This document shows, piece by piece, positions 1 to 11,272 of a stretch of 64,000 nt of DNA (position 1 is its first letter; the number at the start of each line of letters is the position of its first letter). This stretch comes from Rebecca billardiae RCC1528. Taxonomy: Eukaryota; Protista; Haptophyta. The notes under the pieces were generated by a model, which searched no databases, was not told the DNA's origin, and was given only the letters and a program-made list of their open reading frames with translations. Position numbers and translations under genes: made by a program. The stretch spans positions 124,001 to 188,000 of the forward strand of contig OZ251232.1 in assembly GCA_965240325.2 (NCBI GenBank). The letters are read 5' to 3'.

Positions 1-393
1 TTCACCCCCGCCCAGCGCGCCTGCTGCCTCCTCTTCAAGGCGCTCAAGTTCGGGCTGGGCGGGCTCGGCTCGCACCTCGCGAGCTCGGCCGCGCGCGCGG
101 CCATCGGCCGGCTGCACGTGCTGCTGGGCGGCGCCGTGCTCGGCGCGCGCCGCCGGGGCGTGGACCGCCGCGCGGCCTGGCGCGCCGGCCTGGCGTACGG
201 CTCGTTCGTCGGCCTCCTCGCCTCGACGCGCTACCAGCTCGTCAACGCCGTCGAGGCGTCGCTCTTCCCCGCACTCGGGCTGCCCTCCACCGGGCCGCTC
301 GCCACGCTCTGCTCGGCGGCGGTGCGCGTCGCCAACGCGTGGGTGGGCGGCACCACGTGGGTGCACTGGAATCGGCTGCTCGGCGCGTGCTGA
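1..393 (+). CDS. RETICULATA-related/DUF3411 membrane protein, 3' end (5'-truncated by window)
   Basis: Frame 1 is open from base 1: FTPAQRACCLLFKALKFG...AYGSFVGLLASTRYQLVNAVE...SAAVRVANAWVGGTTWVHWNRLLG*. This matches the DUF3411 C-terminal pattern (FTxxQR..K, S-x-RYQ, VRxxNxxxGxxxWVxxxR). Confidence 0.7.
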   Translation, partial: FTPAQRACCLLFKALKFGLGGLGSHLASSAARAAIGRLHVLLGGAVLGARRRGVDRRAAWRAGLAYGSFVGLLASTRYQLVNAVEASLFPALGLPSTGPLATLCSAAVRVANAWVGGTTWVHWNRLLGAC

Positions 394-668
394 CGGCCCG
401 CAGGCGGCGGGCTCCGGGCTCCAGAACGAGCCGGCGATACGAGCAGACGGACGGGCGGTTATTCGTCTAGATGATGGCGGAAGGCGCTCGTCCGCGCGTC
501 GATCGTCGCGGAAATATCATCGTCGCCGTGAGCGAAGGTGGGGCGGCGGCGGGCCATCAGCATTATCACTCTGCATTGTCAACGACGCGACAATTATTTA
601 TTCATCCAGCGCGCGGCGGGCGTCGTCGCGCGCACTGGAGTACGCGAATGCGCTGCCCAGGCCGAGGC

Positions 669-794
<126 letters not shown>

Positions 795-1172
795 ACATAA
801 AATAATAATAATAAGTCATCGTCTGCTGACGTATACGGACTTACGCGGATGATCATCATTGGCTCAGCATATTGCTGTCGTCGTCATACAACTCATAGTG
901 ACGAGCGTCATACGCATCAGCATCAGCATCATCGTCGTGATCATCAGCACGCATCGTCTCACTCAGTGACGGGCGCTGAATACGTAAGCGCGCAGTGTCA
1001 ATACTGAATATATATATATATAAGCGACGAGCGAGCGAGCACGAGCAAAGAAGCACGCGACGACGAACGAGATGGGGCCTCGTTTGCTGATGATGAGGCA
1101 AGGGGCCGACTGGCCGTAACTGATGAGCAGCTTGTGAGCTCGGCGCGAAAGGCCGTACATAAAGTGCCGATA

Positions 1173-1579
1173 TGTGTGAGCTCGACTGGTTAGTTGCTTG
1201 ATGAACTGGAAAGCTGCCACTCGGGCTGCAGATGATCTTGGATATGATCTCGAGCGCCGAATGGAAAGAGGAGCAGATGCAGAAGGAGCCACAGCCAGCG
1301 GCAGCGTGATTGGCAGATATACAAAAGCGGCAGCGGCCGTGATGACGATAACGGAAAGCTTGTCCGAGGGATGGTGTGTGTGAGCTCGACTGGTTAGTTG
1401 CTTGATGAACTGGAAAGCTGCCACTCGGGCTGCAGATGATCTTGGATATGATCTCGAGCGCCGAATGGAAAGAGGAGCAGATGCAGAAGGAGCCACAGCC
1501 AGCGGCAGCGTGATTGGCAGATATACAAAAGCGGCAGCGGCCGTGATGACGATAACGGAAAGCTTGTCCGAGGGATGGT
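1173..1579. repeat. Tandem duplication, 204-bp unit x2, in a lower-GC degenerate stretch
   Basis: 1173-1376 is repeated at 1377-1579; ORFs at 1198 and 1402 give the same peptide. Confidence 0.9.
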
Positions 1580-2112
1580 CTTGGGAAAGGACGCGCTGGT
1601 ACAGCTATCCGGATTGGGTACCAGCACGTAGCAACTACCTGCAGGATCAGGTAGACGATGGAGGCCCGCCTTGGCCTTGGCTGTCAAGACACTGCGACGC
1701 ATCACCTTCCAGCCTCCCGACACATTCGGTTATAACTGCGTTATAAGTATAACGCCACATATAAGCGGCGGCGGCGGCGGTCTCAGAGTACTGCCATATA
1801 TATATCCTGCGCATATGATGTATATATATATTCGTCGATCGCCTTGGTCTGTCGTCACGGACACGGCTGACGACGACGTCACGACGTCGACTGGCGGCGT
1901 CGCATTGACTGCGCGGCACCGCGCGCCGGCTTCACGAGCGCGCGCCACTGTCGTACCACTGCGTGTCACGCGGCGGCCAGCCAATCGGCGCGCGGGCAGC
2001 CATGTGGCCAGCAGCCCGTGGGGAGCTGCTGCGACCCCGCATGGCGGCAAGGCGCTCGCGGGCGCACGCGGCCTGTCGCTCGCGCGCGCGTGCCAGCGTG
2101 CGCGTGCGCGCC

Positions 2113-2507
2113 TCACAGCAGCTCCTCGTCGTCGTCGCGGGCCGGAGGGCGCGGCGGCGGGTAGCTGGGCGAGCTCGGCTGGTAGCCGGCGCTGCCGTTG
2201 CCCATGGCCGGCGGCGCGCCCCCAAACCCGCCCGCGCCGTTGGCCGGTGCGCCGAAGGAGTCGCTGAAGCCGAGAGCGGGCGGCGGGGCGCCGCCATCCC
2301 CAAAGCCAGTCGACGCGCCGCCGCCAAAGCCGCCGCCGTTGCTGCTGCCGCCGAAGCCGCCGGCTGCGGGCTGCGAGCCAAAGCCGCCGCCCGGCGAGGG
2401 CGAGGGCGCCCCAAACCCCGCCGCGGGCTGCGCGCCAAACCCTCCGCCGCCGCCGCCGCCGCCCCCTCCCCCCAGGTCGAGCCCCTGCAGCGCGGCCAGG
2501 TCGTCCA

Positions 2508-2546
<39 letters not shown>

Positions 2547-2745
2547 TCGTGCCGAGGCCGAGCAGGTCGTCGATCGGCTCCGCACCGCCGCGGCCGCGGC
2601 CGCCGCCGCCGCCACGCCCGCCTCGGCCGCCATACTCGTCCTCGTCCTCGCGCCACCTGCGCTCGCCCCCGCCATATCGCTCGTCCTCGCGGCCGCCGTA
2701 CCCGGAGGCGCGCGCGCCCCCGCCAGCGCCCCCGCCGTCTCGCCT

Positions 2746-2785
<40 letters not shown>

Positions 2786-5016
2786 TACTCGTAGTCGTCG
2801 TCGTCGTACTGGCGCGCGCCAAAGCGGCCGCCGCCGCGTGGCGGGCTTCGGTCGTCGGCGTAGCCACCGCGCCCGCCGCCGCGCCCGTACCCGCCGCCGC
2901 GGCCCTCCTCCTCGTCCGGCCCCCAGCGCCGCCGCTCGCGCTCGGGCTCGTACGGGCGCGCGCCGCGCGGCGGCGAGCCCGCGCGCTCATCGTCGCGGTA
3001 GCGGCCGCCGCCGTACGCGCCACCGCCGCCGCCGCCGCCGCCGCCGCCGTAGCCGCGGCGGGGCGAGTCGTCGTGCCCGGCGGGCGGGACGAACGGCCGG
3101 CCGCGCGAGAGCGGCGAGCCCTCCTCGTCCTTCGGCGGCGGCGGCGGGTCGAAGTAGTAGTGCGCCGCGCCCGAGGGCTCCTCGGAGCGAGGCTTGGGCC
3201 CCGCGCCGTACCGCGCGCGGTCGCGCTCCGCCGCGCTGCCGCCGCCCCCGCCGCCGCCGCCGCCGCCGAGGCCGCCGCCGCCCGTGCTGCCGAAGCCTTC
3301 GGTGCGGATGCGGCCCGGGGGGCCGCTGCCGCTGCCGCTACCGCCGCGCGCGCGGGACGGCGGCTCGTCGTCGCGCCGCCCTGCGCCGCCGTACCGCGAG
3401 CCGTACCCGCCGCCGCCGCCGCCGCCGCCGCGTCCGCCGCCGCCGCCGTCGTGGGCGCGATCGTCCGACCAGCCGCGCCCGCCGCTCTCGCGCTCGGCGC
3501 TGCCGCTGCGCGCGCGCGCGGGGTCGGGCCGGTCGTACGACGCGTGGCGCTCCGGGGCGCTCCCGCGGCGCGCGCCGTCGTACGCATCGTCCTCGCCACG
3601 GCCGCTCGAGCCGTGCGAGCCGCCGCGCTCGAAGCCAGCAGCGCCCGCGCCGCCGCGCTCGGCCGCGCTGTCATCGCGCTGCGGGGGCACGCGCCCGTCC
3701 GCGCGAGGCGGGTGCGGCGGCTCGGGGCGCGCGGCGCGGCGCTCGCGCGCGGCGCGCGCGCCGCCGCCCTGCGCCATCTCGTCCTCGATCGTCTGCAGCC
3801 GCTGCTCGATCTGCGCGCCAGCAGGAGGCGGCCGGCAGCCGGGCGGCGGCAGCCGGGCGGCGGCGCGGCGCGGCGCGGCGCGGCGCGGCGCGCGCGCGCG
3901 GTCGGGGTGCGGTGAGCCGCTGCGCGGATGGACGGCCGCCGCTGGGCCGGCGGCGGTCGCGCCCGCGGCGAGCGCCGCCGCGCGGCACGGCGCGCACCCG
4001 CTTGAGCTTCTGCACGCGGTCCGGGTCCGAGTCCGCCCCGCCGGGCAGCTGCAGCAGCATGCGCTGCGCGCTCTTGAGGTAATGCATCGACGCCTCGAGC
4101 TCGCCCTGCTCCTCGAGCACGACGCCGAGGTTGTTGTAGCACAGCATCAGCCGCTCGGGGGAGGTCTCGCGGGAGCGCTCGCCCGCGTCGATCGCGTCCT
4201 CGAAGCACTCCTGCGCCGCGCGGGGCGCCGCGGCCGAGGGCGCGTGAGCGCGCGCGCGCGCGCGCCGCGCCGCGCCGCCGCGCGCGCCGCGGCCGCCCGT
4301 GCGCGCACCTGCGCAAGGCCCCAGATCTTGCTCTTGGCGTGGCTCACGCCCTTCCAGTACGCCTTCTCGCACTTCTCCGCCAGCGCGAACGGGTCCTCCG
4401 CCATGTCATACCGCGCCTTGGTGTTGCGCTCCACGCCGTACCTGCGCGAGTGCGCGAGTGCGCGAGTGCGCGCGCAAACGCCGGGCAGCGCCGAGCAGCG
4501 TGCGGCTGCCGTGAGCCGCGGTGCGTGCGCGCGCGCGCGCGGCGCGGGCGCGGCGGCGCGCGGCGGCGGCGCGTGCGCGCGTGGCGTGGCACCGCGCGCG
4601 CACTCGTCGATGTACGTGTCATTCGACGGCCGTCCGCCGAAGCGCAGCAGCGTGAGGCGCTCGTCGATGAACTTGATCCGGCTCTTCTGCGACGCGCGCC
4701 CAAAGCCCTTGGGCTGGTTCTCGAAGACCTTCTTGGCGTCCTCGTAGTAGCGCTCGGCCTCGTCGAGGTTGCCCAGGTAGTGCAGCGCCGTCGCCATGTT
4801 GTGCAGCGAGGCGCCGTAGTTGATGTCGTCCTTCTTGTTGCAGATCTTCTCGTTGAGCTTCACGCACGCGCTGAACCGGTCGAGCGCGGTCTCGTAGTCG
4901 CCCTTGCGCAGCGCCTCGGCACCCTCGCGGCCGAGCGAGTAGACGAGCCCATTCAGCTCCTCCTTGTTCACGCCCGACCCGATCTTTGCCTGCAGCGACT
5001 CGCCGAACAAGCTCAT
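2113..5016 (-). CDS. TPR-repeat protein with long Gly/Arg/Asp-rich disordered C-terminus (4 exons)
   Basis: Exons 5016-4604, 4441-4309, 4210-3998, 3810-2113 join in frame across GT..AG introns. TPR motifs: ASLHNMATALHYLGNLDEAERYY and CYNNLGVVLEEQGELEASMHYL. Confidence 0.8.
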
Positions 5017-5771
5017 CCCGGCGGGAGCTCGCGCGCGGCGGCGGAAGAGTTGGGCGCCCGCCTCTCTCGGCCACCTGGGTTTGGGCAGCCCAAGCCTGCA
5101 CGGCGTACGCACGCCTTCATCCCACGATCCGGGCGGGATCCCACCGGATCCTTGTGCTCGCCACGTCGTTCACCCGCCAGCTGACGACGACGATACTTCA
5201 GAGTCGCACTCTGAACTCTGACTCAGTCTCAAATTGTCAATTGACATTCACATTCACAGACACTCATCCTCCATTAACTGCATTCAGTACTTCGACAGAC
5301 GATTCAGGAGAGCTGCGCCCTCGTGCCTGTGTCTTTAAATCATAGAATTAGTCACACTCACAGGCAGCGTGACCGTCTGGCTAGTGGCTGAGGCTGTCGA
5401 CACCGTCACGGTCCGTCCCCGGACGGGCTTAGTATGAGTATATGGGGTCGTACTCATACGACCAGGCTGAGTGGCCCCGATGACGGGCCCAGGTTTTTCC
5501 GGGTATTTTTTGCGGTGTTCTCATTGGCTGCTTAAAACCCATGCCACACTCTCATTGGCTCTCACAAGCGCAGGCACGAGCGCCAGCCAATCGCGTGCCT
5601 CCCTCGATTTACCCAGAAAAAGACTCTCGTCCAATGAGATGTGAGAGCTCCTTCTGCCAATATCATCTGCTAAAACTGCTGATAAATACATTAAAATTTA
5701 AATACCTTTGTAACATCAATTATAAAATTAAATGCGAGTGTAAGTTTTGCTGGACCGAGTCGTCAGCGGGC

Positions 5772-6253
5772 TGTCCGGACAGTCCGGGGTTCTATCCACC
5801 CCCCTCACTGAACAAGTGAACACGGCAGAACAGAACCGAGAACATTGCGAGCCACCGGACATCATTGAGTCCGGACGGGCTGATAATCCGGACAGTCCGG
5901 GGTTCTATCCACCCCCCTCACTGAACAAGTGAACAGAACAGAACATTGAGCCACCGGATATCATTGAGTCCGGACGGCTGATCCGGACAGTCCGGGGTTC
6001 TATCCACCCCCCTCACTGCCAACAAGTGAACAGCCAACAGAACATTGAGCCACCGGACATCATTGAGTCCGGACGGGCTGACAATCCGGACAGTCCGGGG
6101 TTCTATCCACCCCCCTCACTGAACAAGTGAACAGAACAGAACATTGAGCCACCGGATATCATTGAGTCCGGACGGCTGATCCGGACAGTCCGGGGTTCTA
6201 TCCACCCCCCTGGCCCCTCACTGAACAAGTGAACAGAACAGAACATTGAGCCA
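5772..6253. repeat. Tandem minisatellite, ~95-115 bp unit x ~5, alternating A/B variants
   Basis: Unit ggacagtccggggttctatccacccccctcactgaacaagtgaacagaacagaacattgagccaccgga(c/t)atcattgagtccggacgg. Confidence 0.92.
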
Positions 6254-6759
6254 GGTTTCGTCGGCTGCGGTTTGACGCGCGATGGCGGGCCGTTTGAAAA
6301 AGGCACGCTGGCACGACGACTTGGTCTCGGCTTGCTCGCGGGCGCACGCGGCCTCGCTCAGCACGGCGCGAGCTCCTGCGGCCGTCTAAGCACGCGCAGA
6401 GGCGACGCGCGGGGCTGGGTAGGTGGTAGAGAAGGCCTGTCGCCCTCCTCCGCCGCGCGCCTTGCTCGCCGCCGCTTTCGCCGCACCTTAGGCCAGCGCG
6501 CACGCGCGCGCCGCCTCCAGAGCCAGCCTCGGGCACGCGGCAGCCGCCCGCGCATGTGTGGTGCGCGGTCTGGTCGGCGCGAGTCGGTTGGGGCGATCGG
6601 GCGAGGCGGGTGAGGTATGCATACTGTAGACGCGCGCCATGACGCCTCGCGCCGCGTGGCACGCTGCCGTCGGAGGACTCCACGATCAGCTGATTACATT
6701 TGCTAACGCAATTGTTGCAGCTTGAAGCGTCTTCTGGTTGCTCTGCTCCGCGTCCCTCC

Positions 6760-7060
6760 TGGGGCGGGAGCACCACGGTGCGGGAGCACCGAGTCAGATG
6801 CGGAGGCGCCAAGTCGGGCGCGAGAGCACCAAGTCGGGCCGGGCAGCACTACCTGTTCTGGGCGTGGGAGTGGTCACGGCTCGCTGGGCCTCCGGCCCTG
6901 CTCGGTAGGCAGCCGGCGCTCCGCGCCTCTGCCCCCAGGGCGCTACGCGCCCGAAATTAATCCCCTCTTGGGGCGGGAGCACCAAGTAGCGGGAGCACCA
7001 AGTGGCGAGAACACCAGCCAAGTAGCTGGAGCACTGAGTAGGGCGGGAGCACCGAGCAGG
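6760..7060. repeat. Short dispersed direct repeats GGGAGCACC(A/G)AGT
   Basis: About 8 degenerate copies in two clusters (6760-6850 and 6970-7057). Confidence 0.7.
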
Positions 7061-7113
7061 GCTGGCGGCGCTTGCCCTGCGCGCTCTCGGCGTGGGCGCG
7101 CGCGCCGCGCCCG

Positions 7114-8040
7114 GCACGCCGTCGTGCCCGCACTGCCCGCACTAGTCTCGGCCGCGGGCGCGGCGCGCGCGGGCGGCTGCGTGGCGGCGCGCGCGTCGCT
7201 GGCGCACGCGCACTGCAAGCGCTCGTCGCGGCGGGGTGGCCGGCGGCGGAGCAGCTGCCGGCGCTGGTGGGCGCGGCGACGGCCGCGCTGCGCGCCGCCG
7301 ACGCACCCGCCGCGCGTGCCGCCGCTCGGCGCCGCGCTCGGCGCGGCCTCGCGGTGCTGTGCGGCGAGCTCGGCGCGGGCGGCGCGGGCACGTACTCGGC
7401 GCGGGCGGCGCGGCGCGGGCGTGTTCCGCGCGCGCGCCGCACCCGGCATGCCGTCACGCCCGCGCTGCCCGCGCTCGTCTGCCGCGCGGCCGCGGCGCGC
7501 GCGGAGGGCTACGCGGCGGCGCGCGCGGCATTGGCACACGCGCTGTGCGGGCTCGTCGCGGCAGGGCGGCCGGCGGCGGAGCAGCTGCCGGCGCTGGTGG
7601 GCGCGGCGACGGGCGCGTTGCGCGCCGCCGAGACGCCCACCGCGCGCGCCGCGCTCGGCGCCGCGCTCGGCGCGGCCTCGCGGCGCTGTGCACCGAGCTC
7701 GGCGCGGGCCGCGCGGGCGCGTGCAACGCACATGCTGCGCTGGGCACGCCGTCGCGCCCGCAGCCCGCGCTCGTCTCGGACGTGGCCGCGGCGCGCGCGG
7801 ACGGCTGAGCGGCGGCGCGCGCGGCACTGGCGCACGCGCTGTGCGGGCTCGTCGCGGCGGGGCGGCCGGCGGCGGAGCAGCTGCCGGCGCTGGTGGGCGG
7901 GGCGACGGGCGCGCTGCGACGCGCCGCCGACACGCCCGCCGCGCGAGCCGCGCTCGGCGCCGCGCTCGGCGCGGCCTCGCGGCACTGTGCGCCGAGCTCG
8001 GCGCGGGCGGCGCGGGCGCGTGCAACGCCGCGCTGCTCGA
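7114..8040 (+). pseudogene. Triplicated, frameshifted Ala/Leu-rich gene fragment (~300-330 bp unit)
   Basis: gcagctgccggcgctggtgggc recurs at about 7251, 7581 and 7877. The peptide PAAEQLPALVGAATxALRAA..AALGAALGAASR recurs in shifting frames. Confidence 0.55.
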
Positions 8041-8765
8041 GCTGCCGGCGGCGGCGCAGCTGCGCGCGCTCGGTGCGCTGCTCGGGGCGAGCCGTCGCGC
8101 GGGAGCCATCGTGCGCGGCGAGCTCAACGCAGGCGGGGTGGGGTGGCTCTCAATGTTCTGTTCTGTTCAGTGGTTCTGTGGAGGACCCAAATAGAACACC
8201 GGATTCCCGGCCGCCGGAGTTTCAATTCTTTTCTTTTACCAGCAGCATCGTCCTGAAGAAGATTTTCTTTTTTTAATAGATATTTTCTTTTCTTTTTAGC
8301 GGAAATGGCTTGGCTCAATGGTTCTATCCCTTTTTTGACAAATGGCTTTTTTTAGCTTGGGTATATCTCCGGGCGAATCTCCGCTCAGAGACCAGCCAAT
8401 GGCGTGCCGTGGACTGCTACTCAACTTTACCCAGAAAAAGTCGGGCCCGGATGGAGTGGCCCCCGCCGTCCGCCGCCGCGGTCCGAGCCGCTGCCTTCAG
8501 CATCACAGCGTGCCCGCGTATGGCGCGATGACTACGATGATACAATCATCACCAATAATTGCGGACAATGGCGAGCGACGGACAGACGGACGGTCGTGAC
8601 GCGGTCGTCAGACGACTCAGCAGACGTCACCGCCTCTCAGTGTGAAGTGTCTGCAGGGCACACTCACGGAGGCTGTGCCGACACTGCTGTGGACGCGCCC
8701 GCTGGCGCGGGGCCCTGCGGCTCCTCGCCGGCCCGGCCCCGCACCCACGCGCCACCTCGCCGCGC

Positions 8766-9740
8766 TCACTCCCACTCGGTCGTGCCAGGCGGCTTGGGCG
8801 TCAGATCGAACGCGACGCGCGCGATGCCCTCCACCTCGGCCGACATCAATCGGCCCACGACCTCGCGCATCGCCTCCAGCGGGAACGCGCCGTTCTCCTC
8901 GCCGGGGATGGCGGGCGTGCCCGTCCTGCGGGGCGCGCGGGGGCGCGTCGCGCGATGCGCGGGGGCGCCAGTCAGCCGCCAGGCCCAGCCGCCGCCGCGC
9001 GGGCGCGCGGGCGCGCTCTGCGCCACGGTGGCAGCGCGGCGCGGCGCGGCGCGGCGGTGCGCGGTGCGCGGTGCGCGGCGCTTGCGCGCACATAAAGTCG
9101 TTGGTGAGGAACGTGCGGATGCCGATGGAGTGCGCGCCGGGCACGCCGAAGTGGCACGGGAAGAGCACGACCGGCACCTGCGCGAGCTTGCGCATCAGCC
9201 CGTGCCTGCACGCCGAGGGACGCACACCGCGCGAGCAAGACACGGGCGCGCTCGTGAGCGCGGGGGGCGGAGGCCGGGTCTCGCGGCGGCGGGAGCGCGG
9301 CGGCGGCGCGGCGGCGGCGGCGGCGCGGCGCGCACTTCCTCAGCACTTGCGTGACGATGTCGTCGGCGAGCTGCAGCTTGCGGATGGGCGCGGGCGTGAG
9401 CGTCGTCGGCGTGATCCCATCGACCAGCCCGCTCAGCGGCGCGCCGAACAGGAAGACGATCCGGTTGACCGAGTGCACGCGCCCCGGGATGATCTTGGCA
9501 AACTCGCCGAGCGCGGCCCAGTCGTCCGCGCTGAGCTTGAGGCCGTTGTCGACGCCGGCGCGCTTGCACGTGATCGCGGCGAGGTGCGCGTACGAGCGCC
9601 CGTCGCCCTGCACGCCCACCGTCCGCACGGGGAGCAGCGACACCGCGTAGTCCGCGTCCATCCCCTTCTCCTTGGCCACCGCCTCGAGCTCGGCCTGCAC
9701 GGCGCCGCGGCTGGGCGGCGCGTACGGCTCGTCCGCGCAC

Positions 9741-9772
<32 letters not shown>

Positions 9773-11017
9773 GGGCTGGCGCCAGACGAGCTCCTCGGGG
9801 AGGCCGAGCTCTGTCCCCAGCGCCCGCACCTCGTCCTTGTGGTAGTCCTTGAGCGGCTCGATGATCCGCCCCGAGTCGCGCAGCTGGCGCACGAGCTGCG
9901 TGTCGTTGTGGTGCGTCTTGATGCACTCGGCGTTGCCGCTCACGAGCTTGGACGCGGACTCGATGAGGTCGGGGCGGAGGGTGCCCTGCGCGAGGTAGAC
10001 GTCGTCGGCCTGGATGCCCAGCTCGGTCACCATCTTCTGCGTCACGACCATGAACGTGTCGCCGATGATCTTCCGCTTGTACTCCGGGTTGACCTCGCGG
10101 TCGAGCGGGCCGGCCTTGGTGCCCGACACGTCGGTGTGTGCCTGCGCAAAGTCGGCCGAGGCGTCGAGGTTGTGCAGCTCGACGCCGATGTCGCGCAGCG
10201 CGGCGCAGACCTTCTTGGACTCGTCGAGCCGCATGTACCCGTGGTCCACGTGCAGCGCGATCACGCGCTCCTTCCCCAGCGCCTTGTGCAGCAGCGCCGC
10301 GCACACGGTCGAGTCGACGCCGCCCGACACGAGCACGAGCACCTTCTTGCTCGGCCCCACGATCGAGTTGATCTCGGTGATGGCCATGTGCTCGCGGTTG
10401 ACGACGGTGTACGAGCCGGAGAGGCCGCATGTGCTGTACAGGAAGTTCTTGAGCATCGCCTTCCCGTCCGTCGAGAGGTCCACCTCGGGGTGGAACTGCA
10501 CGCCGTAGATCGAGCGCTCCTCGTCCGCGATCCCGACCACGAGCTCGTGCGAGTGCGCGACCTCCTTGAAGCCGTCGGGCACGCGCGAGACGGAGTCGCC
10601 GTGGGTGAGGAGGACCTTCGAGCTCCCCCCGATCCCGGCGAACAGCGCGCACGACGGCTCCAGCTTCACCGCGAACTGGCCGTCCTCGCGCTTGGGCTTC
10701 TTCTCGACCGTGCCGCCAAAGTGGTGGTTCACGAGCTGCATGCCGTAGCAGATGCCGAGGATGGGCTTGCCCAGCTCGAAGATGGCCGGGTCGTACTTCG
10801 GCGCGTCCTTGTCGTACACCGACTGCGGGCCGCCGCTGATGATCAGCGCGCGGAACGCGCCGAGCTCGGCCGGGCTCACGTCGAGCGGCAGCAGCTCGCA
10901 CTCGACGTTCAGCTCGCGCACGCGGCGGTCGATGACCTTGCCGTACTGCGCGCCGGCGTCGAGGATCGCGACCTTCTCCTCCGTCTTCGCAACCTTGTGC
11001 GGGCGCGTCGAGACCAT
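8766..11017 (-). CDS. GMPS: GMP synthase [glutamine-hydrolysing] (3 exons)
   Basis: Exons 11017-9336, 9205-9092, 8925-8766. GATase motifs [28 protein letters not shown]; ATP-PPase motifs [30 protein letters not shown]; C-terminus [13 protein letters not shown]. Confidence 0.97.
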
Positions 11018-11272
11018 CGCGTTCGGGCGGGGGGAGAACGGGGCAGGGGCCGACTGACTCGCCGGCACGCGACCGGCCGGGCTGCTTCGCTGCTTGCGTC
11101 GGGGTGCAAGACCGACGACCGCGGCCGTGGGCGTTCCTTGTTGACGCGCGGATTGGGTCGCGGTCCGGGTGCAAGAAATAGCGGGTCCGGCCGCGTGCCC
11201 AGGCCAGTGTGCTCACCACTGTGCCACGCGGACGCGGGCTGTGAGCTGCTTGCGCGGCGGCGGACGGCGGCG

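Larger units (their letters stand above)
5479..8453. mobile_element. Putative non-autonomous Mutator/Pack-MULE-like DNA transposon
   Basis: 10-bp direct repeat GAGTGGCCCC at 5469-5478 and 8454-8463. Imperfect TIRs cgggcccaggtttttccgggta (5484-5505) and tacccagaaaaagtcgggcccg (8428-8449). An inverted copy of the subterminal repeat unit lies at about 8141-8205. Confidence 0.55.

Noticed and set aside
1100-1180. Hammerhead ribozyme (CTGATGAG...GAAA at 1120-1150)
   Set aside because: Stem II is plausible, but no pairing for stems I and III with a UH cleavage site could be built.
5772-6253. CRISPR-like array
   Set aside because: Whole units repeat with no unique spacers, there are no cas genes, and the context is eukaryotic.
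8642-11272. N-terminal 877 aa of the 1340-aa plus-strand ORF
   Set aside because: Antisense shadow of GMP synthase; only the part from ATG 11273 has recognisable motifs.
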